Assembly (NCBI RefSeq): GCF_001194135.2
Contig: NC_068989.1
Location: 67,695,100 to 67,733,177, forward strand
Length of the DNA: 38,078 bases
Reading direction: 5' to 3'
Origin: Octopus bimaculoides
Lineage: Eukaryota
The position numbers and the translations under genes are program-made. Under the pieces are notes generated by a model. The model did not search any database. It was not told the DNA's origin and saw only the letters and a program-made list of their open reading frames with translations. Positions 9,446 through 20,850 of this stretch are shown one piece after another. Every line of letters starts with the position of its first letter. Position 1 is the first letter of the stretch.

Positions 9446-10581
9446 GGGAACTTTATGGAAATACATTATTCAGTTTCGCTTTTCATGTTTATTAATTTTT
9501 TTCATTTTTTGTTTGTTTTATTGAGGGTTAAACAATTATTTTTAGTTTGGGGAGATAACCCAATCTTTAAAAGGGGATGAGATAACCAAAAAATACCCAT
9601 TATCCGATGTACACATTCATTTTGAAAGATACCAAGATATAAATTGAGAGACTGGCTGTGGTTTCTAGCAGGTCGAAAGACTACTTAGAGAGATCGTCGT
9701 TGGTCGGACGAGTTACAAGAATACTTCCATTCTCAAACAAGCACGATAACATTATTTTCAGGAAGTTATAACTATAATAATAATATTGTTTCGTATTGCT
9801 AAATGAATTAGCTAATCTTCCAGAGAAGTTGCGTAATTAAAATGAAAACAAACGAAAAGTGGAATATACAAAAACTTGACTGTTTTGAATTACCGAAACG
9901 AAGATGGAAATACTTCAAAATAAATAAATCATGAATGACGTTATAACTGATTATTTTTGTTTTGGTTATTTTTTCTTCTGCACCGAAAACTTCCAAATAA
10001 ATAATCGTATTTTTGTTTATTTTTCGACATGCATTACTTTTCTTTAAAAAAAAAAAATATCGTTTTCAACAATGCTAATTTAATAAACGTTCATACACGA
10101 TGTGTTTAGAAGAAACGCGTTACTTTTGATTATAATAAAAAAAGTTTCACTTTTAACAATGTTAGTTTAATAAATATTTTTACACGACGGTGTTGAGAAC
10201 TGAAAACAGTAATCTCTAATAATATTCTTTTAAGTGTTTAGTTATTCGTTTCGTTGTTTTAAGAAAGCCAAGTTCCTTTCCTTACATTCGCCATCATTGT
10301 TGGATCGTGTCTTAATAATTACCGTTGTAACTAAACATTACCAAATGCATTCAAACACTGAACAAGAAATATAGAGACAAATTCCCTTTTATCATTTGAT
10401 AATTAGTCGGCAAATATTGGGCAAAATATTTCTATAGCTTAATCAGAAAAATAAAATAAATAAATAAAAGGTAGGGGGACAGCTCAAATGACTTTCTAGC
10501 AATCATGGTCGCTGCCCTTCATGTAATGTGAGTTGAGAGCCGGGAGGGAAGAGGAACTCGCGGCCAAAAAAAGAATTAAAT

Positions 10582-10838
10582 AGGCGCAGGAGTGGCTGTG
10601 TGGTAAGTAGCTTGCTTACCAACCACATGGTCCCGGGTTCAGTCCAACTGCGTGGCATCTTGGGCAAGTGTCTTCTACTACAGCCTCGGGCCGACCAATG
10701 CCTTGTGAGTGGATTTGGTAGACGGAAACTGAAAGAAGCCTGTCGTATATATGTATATATATATGTATGTGTGTATGTGTTTGTATGTCTGTGTTTGTCC
10801 CCCCAACATCGCTTGACAACCGATGCTGGTTTGTTTAT
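10582..10838 (+). mobile_element. SINE family A, well conserved, runs into a gap
   Basis: tRNA-like head AGGCGCAGGAGTGGCTGTGTGGTAAG...GGGTTCAGTCC (A/B box-like), an internal TA/TG microsatellite and the TTGACAACCGATGCTGG core. Confidence 0.9.
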
Positions 10839-12257
10839 NNNNNNNNNNNNNNNNNNNNNNNNNNNNNNNNNNNNNNNNNNNNNNNNNNNNNNNNNNNNNN
10901 NNNNNNNNNNNNNNNNNNNNNNNNNNNNNNNNNNNNNNNNNNNNNNNNNNNNNNNNNNNNNNNNNNNNNNNNNNNNNNNNNNNNNNNNNNNNNNNNNNNN
11001 NNNNNNNNNNNNNNNNNNNNNNNNNNNNNNNNNNNNNNNNNNNNNNNNNNNNNNNNNNNNNNNNNNNNNNNNNNNNNNNNNNNNNNNNNNNNNNNNNNNN
11101 NNNNNNNNNNNNNNNNNNNNNNNNNNNNNNNNNNNNNNNNNNNNNNNNNNNNNNNNNNNNNNNNNNNNNNNNNNNNNNNNNNNNNNNNNNNNNNNNNNNN
11201 NNNNNNNNNNNNNNNNNNNNNNNNNNNNNNNNNNNNNNNNNNNNNNNNNNNNNNNNNNNNNNNNNNNNNNNNNNNNNNNNNNNNNNNNNNNNNNNNNNNN
11301 NNNNNNNNNNNNNNNNNNNNNNNNNNNNNNNNNNNNNNNNNNNNNNNNNNNNNNNNNNNNNNNNNNNNNNNNNNNNNNNNNNNNNNNNNNNNNNNNNNNN
11401 NNNNNNNNNNNNNNNNNNNNNNNNNNNNNNNNNNNNNNNNNNNNNNNNNNNNNNNNNNNNNNNNNNNNNNNNNNNNNNNNNNNNNNNNNNNNNNNNNNNN
11501 NNNNNNNNNNNNNNNNNNNNNNNNNNNNNNNNNNNNNNNNNNNNNNNNNNNNNNNNNNNNNNNNNNNNNNNNNNNNNNNNNNNNNNNNNNNNNNNNNNNN
11601 NNNNNNNNNNNNNNNNNNNNNNNNNNNNNNNNNNNNNNNNNNNNNNNNNNNNNNNNNNNNNNNNNNNNNNNNNNNNNNNNNNNNNNNNNNNNNNNNGCAG
11701 ATGAGGGTTCTTTCCCTCTTTACACACCCTAAAAAAATTCTAATCATGACAAATGTATCCCATACTACTGATCTTTATGCGCATATTCCAAAATTCCAGT
11801 CTTATGGAACCTGTTAAAAGGATTTTGCTCCTGAAAAATGGAGGTCATGGAGCTCTAAAATGTAGAAGTTAAGGCTCCTATTGGGGGTGGGTGTCTTAAT
11901 GTCAACCAGAGAAGTTGAATTGTTGAGAATCTTTTTAATTTGGGTCTTATATGTATTGTTCGAATTTCTTTGAAATAGGAAATATATGTATGTTCACTGG
12001 GTTTGTAAAAGAGAGCAAAGCTACAGGAAACCAAAAGACGAATGATCACAATAAGCAGTCAGCTACCCTACCCTAGTTGTTACTCCTCCCCAATGTAGGA
12101 TTCCTCACCACACAGGTGACAGGCACAGCCGTAAGATGCATTACAGATCTATAGCAATTATATACATGCATATACATATACATTTGTGCAGATGTATACA
12201 CACACACACACATATATATATATATACACACACATAATATATGTATATTATATATAT

Positions 12258-12412
12258 GAGTGGTTGGCGTTAGGAAGGGCATCCAGCTGTAGAAACTCTG
12301 CCAAATTTAGATTGGAGCCTGGTGTTGCCATCCGGTTTCACCAGTCCTCAGTCAAATCGTCCAACCCATGCTAGCATGGAAAGCGGACGTTAAACGATGA
12401 TCATGATGATGA
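12258..12412 (+). mobile_element. SINE family B 3' half, well conserved
   Basis: GAGTGGTTGGCGTTAGGAAGGGCATCCAGC...GCGGACGTTAAAC(GAT)n. Confidence 0.85.
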
Positions 12413-12599
12413 TGATATGTATGTATGCCTGTATATATGAGAGATAATAGTTTCACTTTAATAGTTTCAGTATTAAAGTGAAACTATTAAAGTGAGAATA
12501 TCTGACATTACAATAGAGAGATGTTATTGTTTCACTTTTGACACGTAATACTGAAATAGTGGAGGAGATGAGATATTGCTCTTGGCTCGCAGTAGGCAA

Positions 12600-12735
12600 G
12601 AAGTTAAAACTTTTTTTGGCCTATGACACTACATGGACCCTAATGTGTAAAATTTGAATGAAATTGGTTGTGTAGTACTCCAGTTTTAGGGATTCACACA
12701 GACAGACATACATTCTCATCTTTATATATATAGAT
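12600..12735 (-). mobile_element. Possible 5' end of a non-autonomous Helitron
   Basis: Minus strand begins TCTATATATATAAAGATGAGAATGTATGTCTGTCTGT...AAAACTGG...CCAATTTCATTCAAATTT, the layout recalled for small animal Helitron 5' ends. No 3' hairpin/CTRR end found. Confidence 0.45.
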
Positions 12736-12829
12736 TATTTTGGGCAGATAGTATTGAAAGGGATTACTTGAATAAAAGACATGTTCTTTATTATCATGTA
12801 GCAGTAGAAGTACTAGTAGTCCTTTCTAC

Positions 12830-12985
12830 ATAGGCTGAAGGTTTGAAATTTTGTGAGGAGGAGCCTAGTCAATTACAATGATTCCCTAGTGTTTAATTGG
12901 TACCTATTTTACTGAGTCTGAATGATGAAAGGTAAAGTCAACCTCGGCAGAATTTAAACTCAGAACGTAAAGCCAGAAGACTAAG
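12830..12985 (-). mobile_element. SINE family E, degenerate
   Basis: TGGTACCTATTTT...GATGAAAGGTAAAGTCAACCTCGGCAGAATTTAAACTCAGAACGTAA. Confidence 0.75.
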
Positions 12986-13399
12986 GTATCTTTGGCACGT
13001 TTGTCTAATTACTACTTCCAAGGTTCTGTTAGCTATTAAACAAATATGTAGCCTAGATTTTATCTACTCCATTCCCTAAATTTGGATTTTAATTCGCATC
13101 ATAGCAACCCCAGTTGCTAACCGTGAACTATAAAATAACCTTTTTCAGCCTATTGGATAAATTTACAACTTTCTATGTCAATAAATCACTATTGTTCCCG
13201 AAAGTTGTTTTTTATAACTTCTACAAGCTGCTCAAAGCTTACTAACTTCCTACACCTTGAAGAAATTTCTTTCCTTAGTTTCTTATACACACACACACAA
13301 TTTTTAAATGGTTAGTTAACTGATATATATTTCTACTCAACATCCAACTAATTTAACTTGTGCTTCTCATAATGAGAAACAATTCCTAACCCTGGGAGG

Positions 13400-14270
13400 G
13401 AGCATGTTTGGACTGAAAAGTGAATGAACAAATTGCTATATTTAAATCGCCTCCTTTCTGATAGTGCAAAATTTCTAAGGGACTGGATCGATGCCCTGCC
13501 TGTGGCCACCATTGATGGTCTATTCAGTCTAGATGAACTCCGCATTTCCATCACGCTCAGAGTGGGAGCTGACGTCTGTAGGGGACTGAGATGTCGCTGT
13601 GGTAGGCCCCTCGACTCCACAGGTCTTCAGGGTCTATCTTGCCGCCTAAATGCTGGTCGTTTTACTTGTCACACTGAGCTAAACTTAATCATTAAGTGGA
13701 CTCTAGCTTAGATTAATATAACCTCAGTTCTGGAACCGGTGGAATTATCCAGAAGTGATGGGAAAAGATCAGATGGTCTTACTCTCTGTCCTGGGTAAGA
13801 GGTAGGTGCCTCATCTGGGATGTCACAGTCTGTGACTCTTTTGCTCCCTCCCACATCCTGGATGCTGTGGTAAATGGGTCACTGCTTCCATTGCCAAACG
13901 AAACAAAACTCTGAAGTATTGGGATCTGGCAGTGAACTATCTCTTCTAGCCTGTGGCATTTGAGACATTTGGAGGGACTGGGCCACTAATAGTCATCATT
14001 GGCAGCTCACCTCATCGAGGTGTCGGGTGATGCCTGGGAATGTGCTTGGTTTTTCCAACACCTTAACCTTGCCATCGCCCATGAAAATACCTCAAGTGTG
14101 CTGGCTTGCTTCAGTAGGTTCCATTGAACTTGGTAGCATGTGACTAACTGAAACACTTGCAGCGGCACTGATATTTTTTTTCTTTCTCCCTTTGTGTTTT
14201 GTTTGTTTGTTTTGTAAAGTACATTCCTGTTCATAATTTGAATAAAAAGTATAATTAGTAAAAAAAAAGA
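13400..14270 (+). mobile_element. 5'-truncated CRE-type non-LTR retrotransposon (REL endonuclease C-terminus, 3' UTR, A-tail)
   Basis: Decayed frames: DWIDALP...LRISITLRVG, zinc knuckle CRCGRPLDSTGLQGLSC...H.ELN, RSDG.T, IWDVTVCD, K..KY, PVAFETFG, QHLNLAIAHEN. AATAAA and an A-rich tail at ~14241-14268. Confidence 0.8.
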
Positions 14271-14289
14271 TACTTTTAAGCTTATCTCA

Positions 14290-14346
14290 TAGAGAGAGAG
14301 AGAGAGAGAGGGAGAGAGGGAGAGAGAGGGAGAGGGAGAGAGAGAG
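14290..14346. repeat. (AG)n/(AGGG)n microsatellite
   Basis: Read directly from the sequence. Confidence 0.95.
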
Positions 14347-14605
14347 TGGCGGGGAGGAGTGCAACGTGTGTGAGAGTCTGAATGATGAAAGGTAAAGTCA
14401 ACCTCGNNNNNNNNNNNNNNNNNNNNNNNNNNNNNNNNNNNNNNNNNNNNNNNNNNNNNNNNNNNNNNNNNNNNNNNNNNNNNNNNNNNNNNNNNNNNNN
14501 NNNNNNNNNNNNNNNNNNNNGGGGGGAGGGGAGAGAATTAGCCGTTTCATTAAATTAAATTAAAGGAAGTTGAAAATGGAGGAGAGAGGACACACTGATG
14601 TCAGT

Positions 14606-14834
14606 TTAGCCCTTTAACATTTAGACCGGTCATATCCGAACTAAATATCCTACCTGTTCTTCGACCAAACAAGTCAGATCCAGCCTCTCACACCCACCCT
14701 ACAATGTCACTCTAAAAATATAACGAATAGCTTCATTGAAATTTCGAAGCTACTAGAAAATGCAGGATTAAATCAAACAATGTGAATAAATAAGGATTAT
14801 ATTTGACAAAGTAATCTGAAGGATAAATGGTTAA
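14606..14834. mobile_element. Degenerate piggyBac-type MITE
   Basis: Ends TTAGCCCTTT and TAAATGGTTAA approximate TTAA-CCCTTT...AAAGGG-TTAA; ~230 bp, non-coding. Confidence 0.5.
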
Positions 14835-14864
14835 GATCTTCTTAACGATATGAACTATAAATCT

Positions 14865-15285
14865 TTTTTAGTGTAGGCACAAGGCCCGACATTTTTTGGG
14901 GGGAGGGGCAATCGATTAGATTGACTCAGTACGCAACTGGTACTTAATTTATCGACCCTAAAAGGTAAAGTCAACGACGGCGGAATTTGAACTCAGAACG
15001 TAAGGACAGACGACATACCACTAAGCATTTCACCCTGCGTGCTAACGTTTCTTATTTCTTTATTGCCCACATGGGGCTAAACATAGAGGGGACAAACAAG
15101 GACAGACAAAGGGATTAAGTCGATTACATCGACCCCAGTGCGTAACTGGTACTTAATTTATCGATCTCAAAAGGATGAAAGGCAAAGTCGACCTCGGCGG
15201 AATTTGAACTCAGAACGTAACGGCAGACGCAATACCACTAAGTATTTCGCCCGGCGTGCTAACGTTTCTGCCAGCTCGCTGCCTT
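14865..15285 (-). mobile_element. Two tandem family E SINEs (partial 14865-15050; complete and well conserved 15051-15285)
   Basis: Head AAGGCAGCGAGCTGGCAGAAACGTTAGCACGCCGGGCG...GAGTTCAAATTCC and core GTCGACTTTGCCTTTCATCC...GATAAATTAAGTACCAG. Confidence 0.9.
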
Positions 15286-15744
15286 AACACGAACTGTTTC
15301 AAAGAAAACCAGAGATAGTGAAAGTGCCATTGTTCGGCTAACTGAGCGACCTCGCTAACGACTTATACGTAATTTTAGTCATAGTAAAAGTAGAGTATCA
15401 GGTATGGTCACAGTAGTGGAGTTGACAGGTAAACAAAGATATGATGACATACTACTAATTAAAATTAGTTAAGATGGTGATTTCACACAACTTCAGAGTG
15501 TGTGAATGTGATTATTTGGTGAGAGGTGAACTAAAGAACTAAATATTGGCTGAAGAATTCCAGATCACGTTTGGGGGGGGGGGGGGGGTAAATTTCCGGT
15601 GAGGAAAAGAAAAGAGAAGAACAAGCTAGAAGTTTCGTGATATTATCAAATGATCGTCATATTTCGAGAATCGATGTAGTACATTCTACCCCTACCTTTT
15701 CCTGTTATTTTATTTTTTTGTTTGTTTCTGTCACTGATCTGCGA

Positions 15745-15990
15745 CAATGGTGGGGGAACCACCTTGAGGAATTTAGTCCAACGAAGTACCCCTGGTACTA
15801 ATTCTAAGTTTGGCACTTACTTCCTCGGTCTCTTTTTGCTGAACCATTAGTTTACAAGGGCGTAAATGAACATCGGTTGTCAAACGGCGAGAGATAAAGA
15901 CACAAATACATATATAAACATACACACACATACACGGCAGGTTTTCGTACAGTTTTCGTCTATCAAATTCATTCACAACACTCGCAAGGT
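15745..15990 (-). mobile_element. Diverged family A-related SINE
   Basis: Reverse strand shows TTGACAACCGATG, AAAAGAGACCGA and an internal TG/TA microsatellite. Confidence 0.65.
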
Positions 15991-16901
15991 ATTGGTCGGC
16001 CCAAAGCTATATTTGGATTTTAAATACATTCCAAAGAGGTAACCCGCAAACTGAACGTCTAGTTTTGATAGTTTAGCATATATGAACAAGAGATGAATTA
16101 AAGGAACTAACAAACATATTTGGGAACCACAAATCTGTAAATTATTTCACATCTATCCGACTAGAAGCGTTACACAACAGTAAATAAACGTTTCGCACCA
16201 CCACTACATACAGAATGATATTAACTTTGAAAGTTATTACGTCAGCTGTAAATATACATTTCGCTTCTTCAAGAACAACAAAAAGAAATCGAGGCTTTAG
16301 ATATAGTAGCTAATCTTTCCTCTAAAACCGTAACATAGTGTCTTGAAAAAGGATCCAATGGATTTGTTATGCAATCCGACTTACACTGAAAACAAACTGG
16401 AACGGTCATATTTGGAATGACTTTGATCGAAGATTTAGGTGACCAGGGCAACAACTGGGTCTAAATAACAACATAAATTGTAAACTAGCTAACAAGGGAA
16501 ACTCTAAATGGTTGCTCGACCTGTTAGACTAAGCGGCCGAGTTCGATTCCTGCATGGGAACATAGTACGTTCAACTGTTAAATAATTTTGGATAAAAGTG
16601 AAACAAGAACAAAAAAAAAAAAACAACTTAAAATGAAGTTGAAATAAGACTTGACCGTCATGACTATACAGACGTGATGATAACGAATAGAATCTTATTG
16701 ATCATAAGCTCCTCTCCACTAGGTGTGACCTAAGGCTAAAATAGCAGCCAATGTCCCTTAAGTGACATAACAAACGCCTGTGATCCATACAATCTGACCT
16801 GGGGTTAAACATCAATAATACAAACAACATAATAAAACACTTTTGTGATACAAATAAAAAGTTGGTGTAGTTTTTTTTAAAGTTTAAAATTATTATTTTA
16901 C

Positions 16902-16945
16902 CGATTATTGTCATCGAAAAAAGAATCGAAGAAAAACCGGAACAT
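16902..16945 (-). CDS. HAX1: HAX1-like gene, first coding exon (44 nt from ATG)
   Basis: GGAAAC-ATG TTC CGG TTT TTC TTC GAT TCT TTT TTC GAT GAC AAT AAT CG|GTAAAA gives MFRFFFDSFFDDNN. Phase 2 (CG + G = Arg) matches exon 2, and the Phe-rich start resembles the HAX1 N-terminus (recalled as LFRGFFGF). Confidence 0.65.
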
Positions 16946-18213
16946 GTTTCCCTCTTGAGGTTTTACTTTCCAGAATGTTTTTACTTATAACAAAATTCGT
17001 TCCTCAATTGTAACAGAAACGTGTCGAAGCTGCAGCTGCCATCTGGAGTGTTGTAGTAAGACAATTGGAGTTACGTCCCTTCATCCAGGAAAACCCAACA
17101 TACGTCGTATTAATTGAGTTGTAAAGAAAATGTTCGTCTCGCCGTGATAATCTTTTTTTTTTTAGGTTTGCCAAGAACTACGTTATTCAATGCTACGTGA
17201 CGCTATTCAAGTTTTACTTTTTATCTAACAATTTTACTTTTTTGTTACATTTTCACTTTAATACTTTCGCATTACGTCTTACCTACAATTTCTACCAATT
17301 GGAAGGAAACAAACAATAAAGAGGTCAAAGCAACTAAAAATGCTGTAAAAGTTATTTACAATAAGAAATTTATTTACGGCATAAATATCGAAAGACTGCT
17401 ATTTCTAAACGGTCAACAGTAGGGGGCTCACCTGTTTGCTGATGGTGGTGGGGAACACAGTTCGTTTCCCAATGTTTAAAAAAAAAATTTTTTTTCAGTG
17501 GCACCATCGAAATATTTTAGCCAACTATTTCGATGTACCCCAACTAACATAACATTTTGCGTTTCGAAGATGTAGATCAGCAACAGACAAACTTTTTGGG
17601 AGGGGATCCAGTTGCAAATGTTTTAAAGTTTTGCAGGTCACGAAAACAACAAAAAAGGAGACCGTAATTATACAAGGATATAGAAACATGTTGTTGTTGT
17701 TGTTGTTGATGATGTTGTTGTTTTTATTATTAAAGCACATGTCTCGGATCTTTCTGATTTCATTAAGANNNNNNNNNNNNNNNNNNNNNNNNNNNNNNNN
17801 NNNNNNNNNNNNNNNNNNNNNNNNNNNNNNNNNNNNNNNNNNNNNNNNNNNNNNNNNNNNNNNNNNNNNNNNNNNNNNNNNNNNNNNNNNNNNNNNNNNN
17901 NNNNNNNNNNNNNNNNNNNNNNNNNNNNNNNNNNNNNNNNNNNNNNNNNNNNNNNNNNNNNNNNNNNNNNNNNNNNNNNNNNNNNNNNNNNNNNNNNNNN
18001 NNNNNNNNNNNNNNNNNNNNNNNNNNNNNNNNNNNNNNNNNNNNNNNNNNNNNNNNNNNNNNNNNNNNNNNNNNNNNNNNNNNNNNNNNNNNNNNNNNNN
18101 NNNNNNNNNNNNNNNNNNNNNNNNNNNNNNNNNNNNNNNNNNNNNNNNNNNNNNNNNNNNNNNNNNNNNNNNNNNNNNNNNNNNNNNNNNNNNNNNNNNN
18201 NNNNNNNNNNNNN

Positions 18214-19234
18214 CTGCAGGCGTATCCTCAGGGCAGGCCCGTTCACTCGCACCATTTTCCCCACTTTCATCCACCTTCCAGAAACTGGCTAGAAGGCAAC
18301 ACTTCCCTCTCTACCCCTATTTTCCTTTTCAAGTGAAACTTGAAGAAGTTGATCAGGGATTGGCCAAAGAGAAAAATGTTCGTCTTCAGCCCCTTCAATC
18401 TCGTCCACTATACAACTTCTTTCGCCATGACCACCAGGCATATAAACACAGCATTTTCTTCTTGGTTAAAGGAAGGCGGTGGGGCGATCTTCACGATGGA
18501 TTCAGTTGATAACCGGGTCCGTCCTACATGCGACAGCAGGTGTTCAACATGAACCCACAGGTCAGCAATGCTCGGGCACTGGACGAGTGCATGCAGGACC
18601 GCCCCCTTGTCCAGCGCGCATCTCGAACATGCTCGGCTGACAGGACTTCCGTTCCTGTAAAGTTTATCTCGAAAAGGCAAAGCTTCCCGGTAGCGCTGCC
18701 AGGCCAGAGATTTTGGAAATTATCCATCGGTCCCGGGCCGAAAATTCTCCGAAAAGAGCAGTTAGCTGATTTTCGACACCCAAGGTCTCCCCAAGAACGT
18801 CGTTGCATTTGCCCTCCACTAATCCTCTATAAAAATGCTAAAGTGGACGTTCGACCTATCGCAGTGCCCGTTTGGCTGTGGGCTCTGAGCGCTTGAAGGC
18901 ATTCCACTTTCTGAAAGCCCTCTCGCGGTCTCTGTTTTACACAGGACTGCAGCTCCGTTAAAGAAGCTAGTTGCGAAAATACGTGTCTGGCGAACAACAC
19001 TTGTTCACCGTCGAGGAAGCACTGGAGATGTCGTAGGCTCAGTGCATATCTGCGCATCATCAGCCACGGCATGTCCAGGCCACCACGCAGCGGGTGTTGA
19101 CAGCAGATAGACCGCCTGACCGTCGGGACGCGTCCCTTCCACAAGAAACAGAAGAATATAACGATCCAACGTAATACGGTCAAGCGGTAGTAAATGACGG
19201 ACGCGATGTACGCGTTAGCCACCTTTACTCGACC
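18214..19234 (-). mobile_element. L1/Tx1-type LINE, decayed 3' part of ORF2
   Basis: GRVKVANAYIASVIYYRL...FLWKG..P.VRR..CCQHPLRGGLDMP, then LAW...LP.RDKL and a C-terminal zinc motif CSRC...HALVQCP. The end is lost in a gap. Confidence 0.85.
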
Positions 19235-19268
19235 TATAATAATAATGATGACGATGATGATGATGATA

Positions 19269-20850
19269 CAGGAAACAAAGTTGGAGTATGATCTGGGAAG
19301 AGGTAAGGGAAAACTGAACCATTTGCTATTTATAGACGACCTGAAGCTATTCACAAAAACTGAGACAGAACTGGGCAGCCAAGTCGAGTCGGTGCGGATT
19401 TTCTCCAATGATATTAAGATGGAGTTTGGACTCTCAAAATGTGCCACGATGGTGATGAGACGAGGAAAGCTTGTCAGGGCAGAAGGCATATGATTGCCAA
19501 GTGATGAGATGATGAAGGCAATTCAACCTCAATCCAGCTATAAATAACTGGGAATGCTTGAGGCAGATGGAATCAAACACAATGACATGAACAAAAAGAC
19601 GGAAAGAGAATACCTGCTGTAAGTAAGAAAAATACTGGTTTCAAAGCTGAATGCCAGAAACATAATTTCGGCAATAGACTCATGCACAGTCGCAGTAGTT
19701 CAGTATGGCGATGGAATCCTGAAGTGGACAAAAGAGCAGCTAAAGGAAATGGACAGGAAGTCAAAAAAGCTCCTAACGATGCATGGAACTCATCATCCAC
19801 GTGCAAACACTGACCAATACATGAAGAGAGAAAATGGAGGCAGATGACTGATAAGTGTGGAAGACTGCGTACGTATCGAACTCGAGAGCTTCATGAGGTA
19901 CCTAGCCCAAAGTATGGAAATCTTGCTAGTGGCAGTGAGGAACGAGGGAGTATTGGAAGCAGAGAAAAAAGGAAAAGCAAAAAAAGTACAAAAAGGACAC
20001 GAAGAAGAATTATGCAAGAAGGGACTACACAATCAATTCCATATAGCCACAACAGAAGTTGCTGGAAAAATAGGTGGGATTGGCTGATGGAAGGAACACT
20101 AAAAAAGAAACTGAGAGCACTAAACTGGCATCGTAAGAGCGAGCTTTGGCCACGAATTGGAGGGTCAGATGTGGTACAGTGTCTCCCCTGTACCGCATCT
20201 GTAAAAGAGTAGAGGAAACCATTGCCCGAATCACGAACGAATGCCCTAGACTTGCCTAAAAACATTGCAAGTTGTGGTGACACGATCAGGTAGCGGAAGT
20301 GCTACGTTGGAGACTGTGCGAAAAGTGGGGGGCTAGAGAAAGGCAAGACATGGTATGAGCACAAACCGCAGAGAGTGGCGGAGTCGGAGACTAGCAAAAT
20401 CCTCTCGGATTTCCCAATGCAAACAAATCAGGCACTAGAGCATAACAGACCGGACCTAGTGGTGGTGGACAAGGTGCATCACATATGCAGTTGATGTTGA
20501 ATACCCCTTTGACCCACGAATAGTCAAAAAGGGAGGCGAAAAGATAGATAAATATAGCCCTCTTAAGTACGAAAATGAAGAAGGTGAAGATAGTGCCAAT
20601 TATTGTTGGGTGCCTGAGAACAGTATCAGAAGGCATCAAGAGAAATGAATATAAAGGAAGCTGGAATTGAGTGCCCGGTAGAACTGTTACAAAAGGTTTA
20701 CCTCCTTGGTACGGCCAGAATAATCAGGAAAGTATTAGACAGCTGAAAAGAATGGATAGCATGGTACCGTTGGCTGCTGGTTGCAAGCCCACTACACATG
20801 CAAGACTCCAGGAGCTCCAACAAAACCTGTGCTAAAGAGAAATAATAATG
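19269..20850 (+). mobile_element. 5'-truncated R4/Dong-type LINE (RT C-terminus and REL endonuclease), decayed
   Basis: NHLLFIDDLKLF, MEFGLSKCA, HDQVA..LRWRLC, HKPQRV, NRPDLVVVDK, KIDKY, PIIVG.L, LLGTARIIRKVL. Short 3' UTR ending in AATAATAAT; an (AAT)/(GAT) microsatellite lies at the 5' junction. Confidence 0.85.

Noticed and set aside
10503-11817. Long ORFs of 290-410 aa, and similar ones at 17525-18509, 22291-24077, 30057-31030 and 37079-37592
   Set aside because: They consist mostly of N gaps translated as X.
16260-16465. GC-enriched, exon-like stretch near exon 1
   Set aside because: Stops interrupt the plausible frames and no consistent splice pair was found; perhaps an old LINE fragment.
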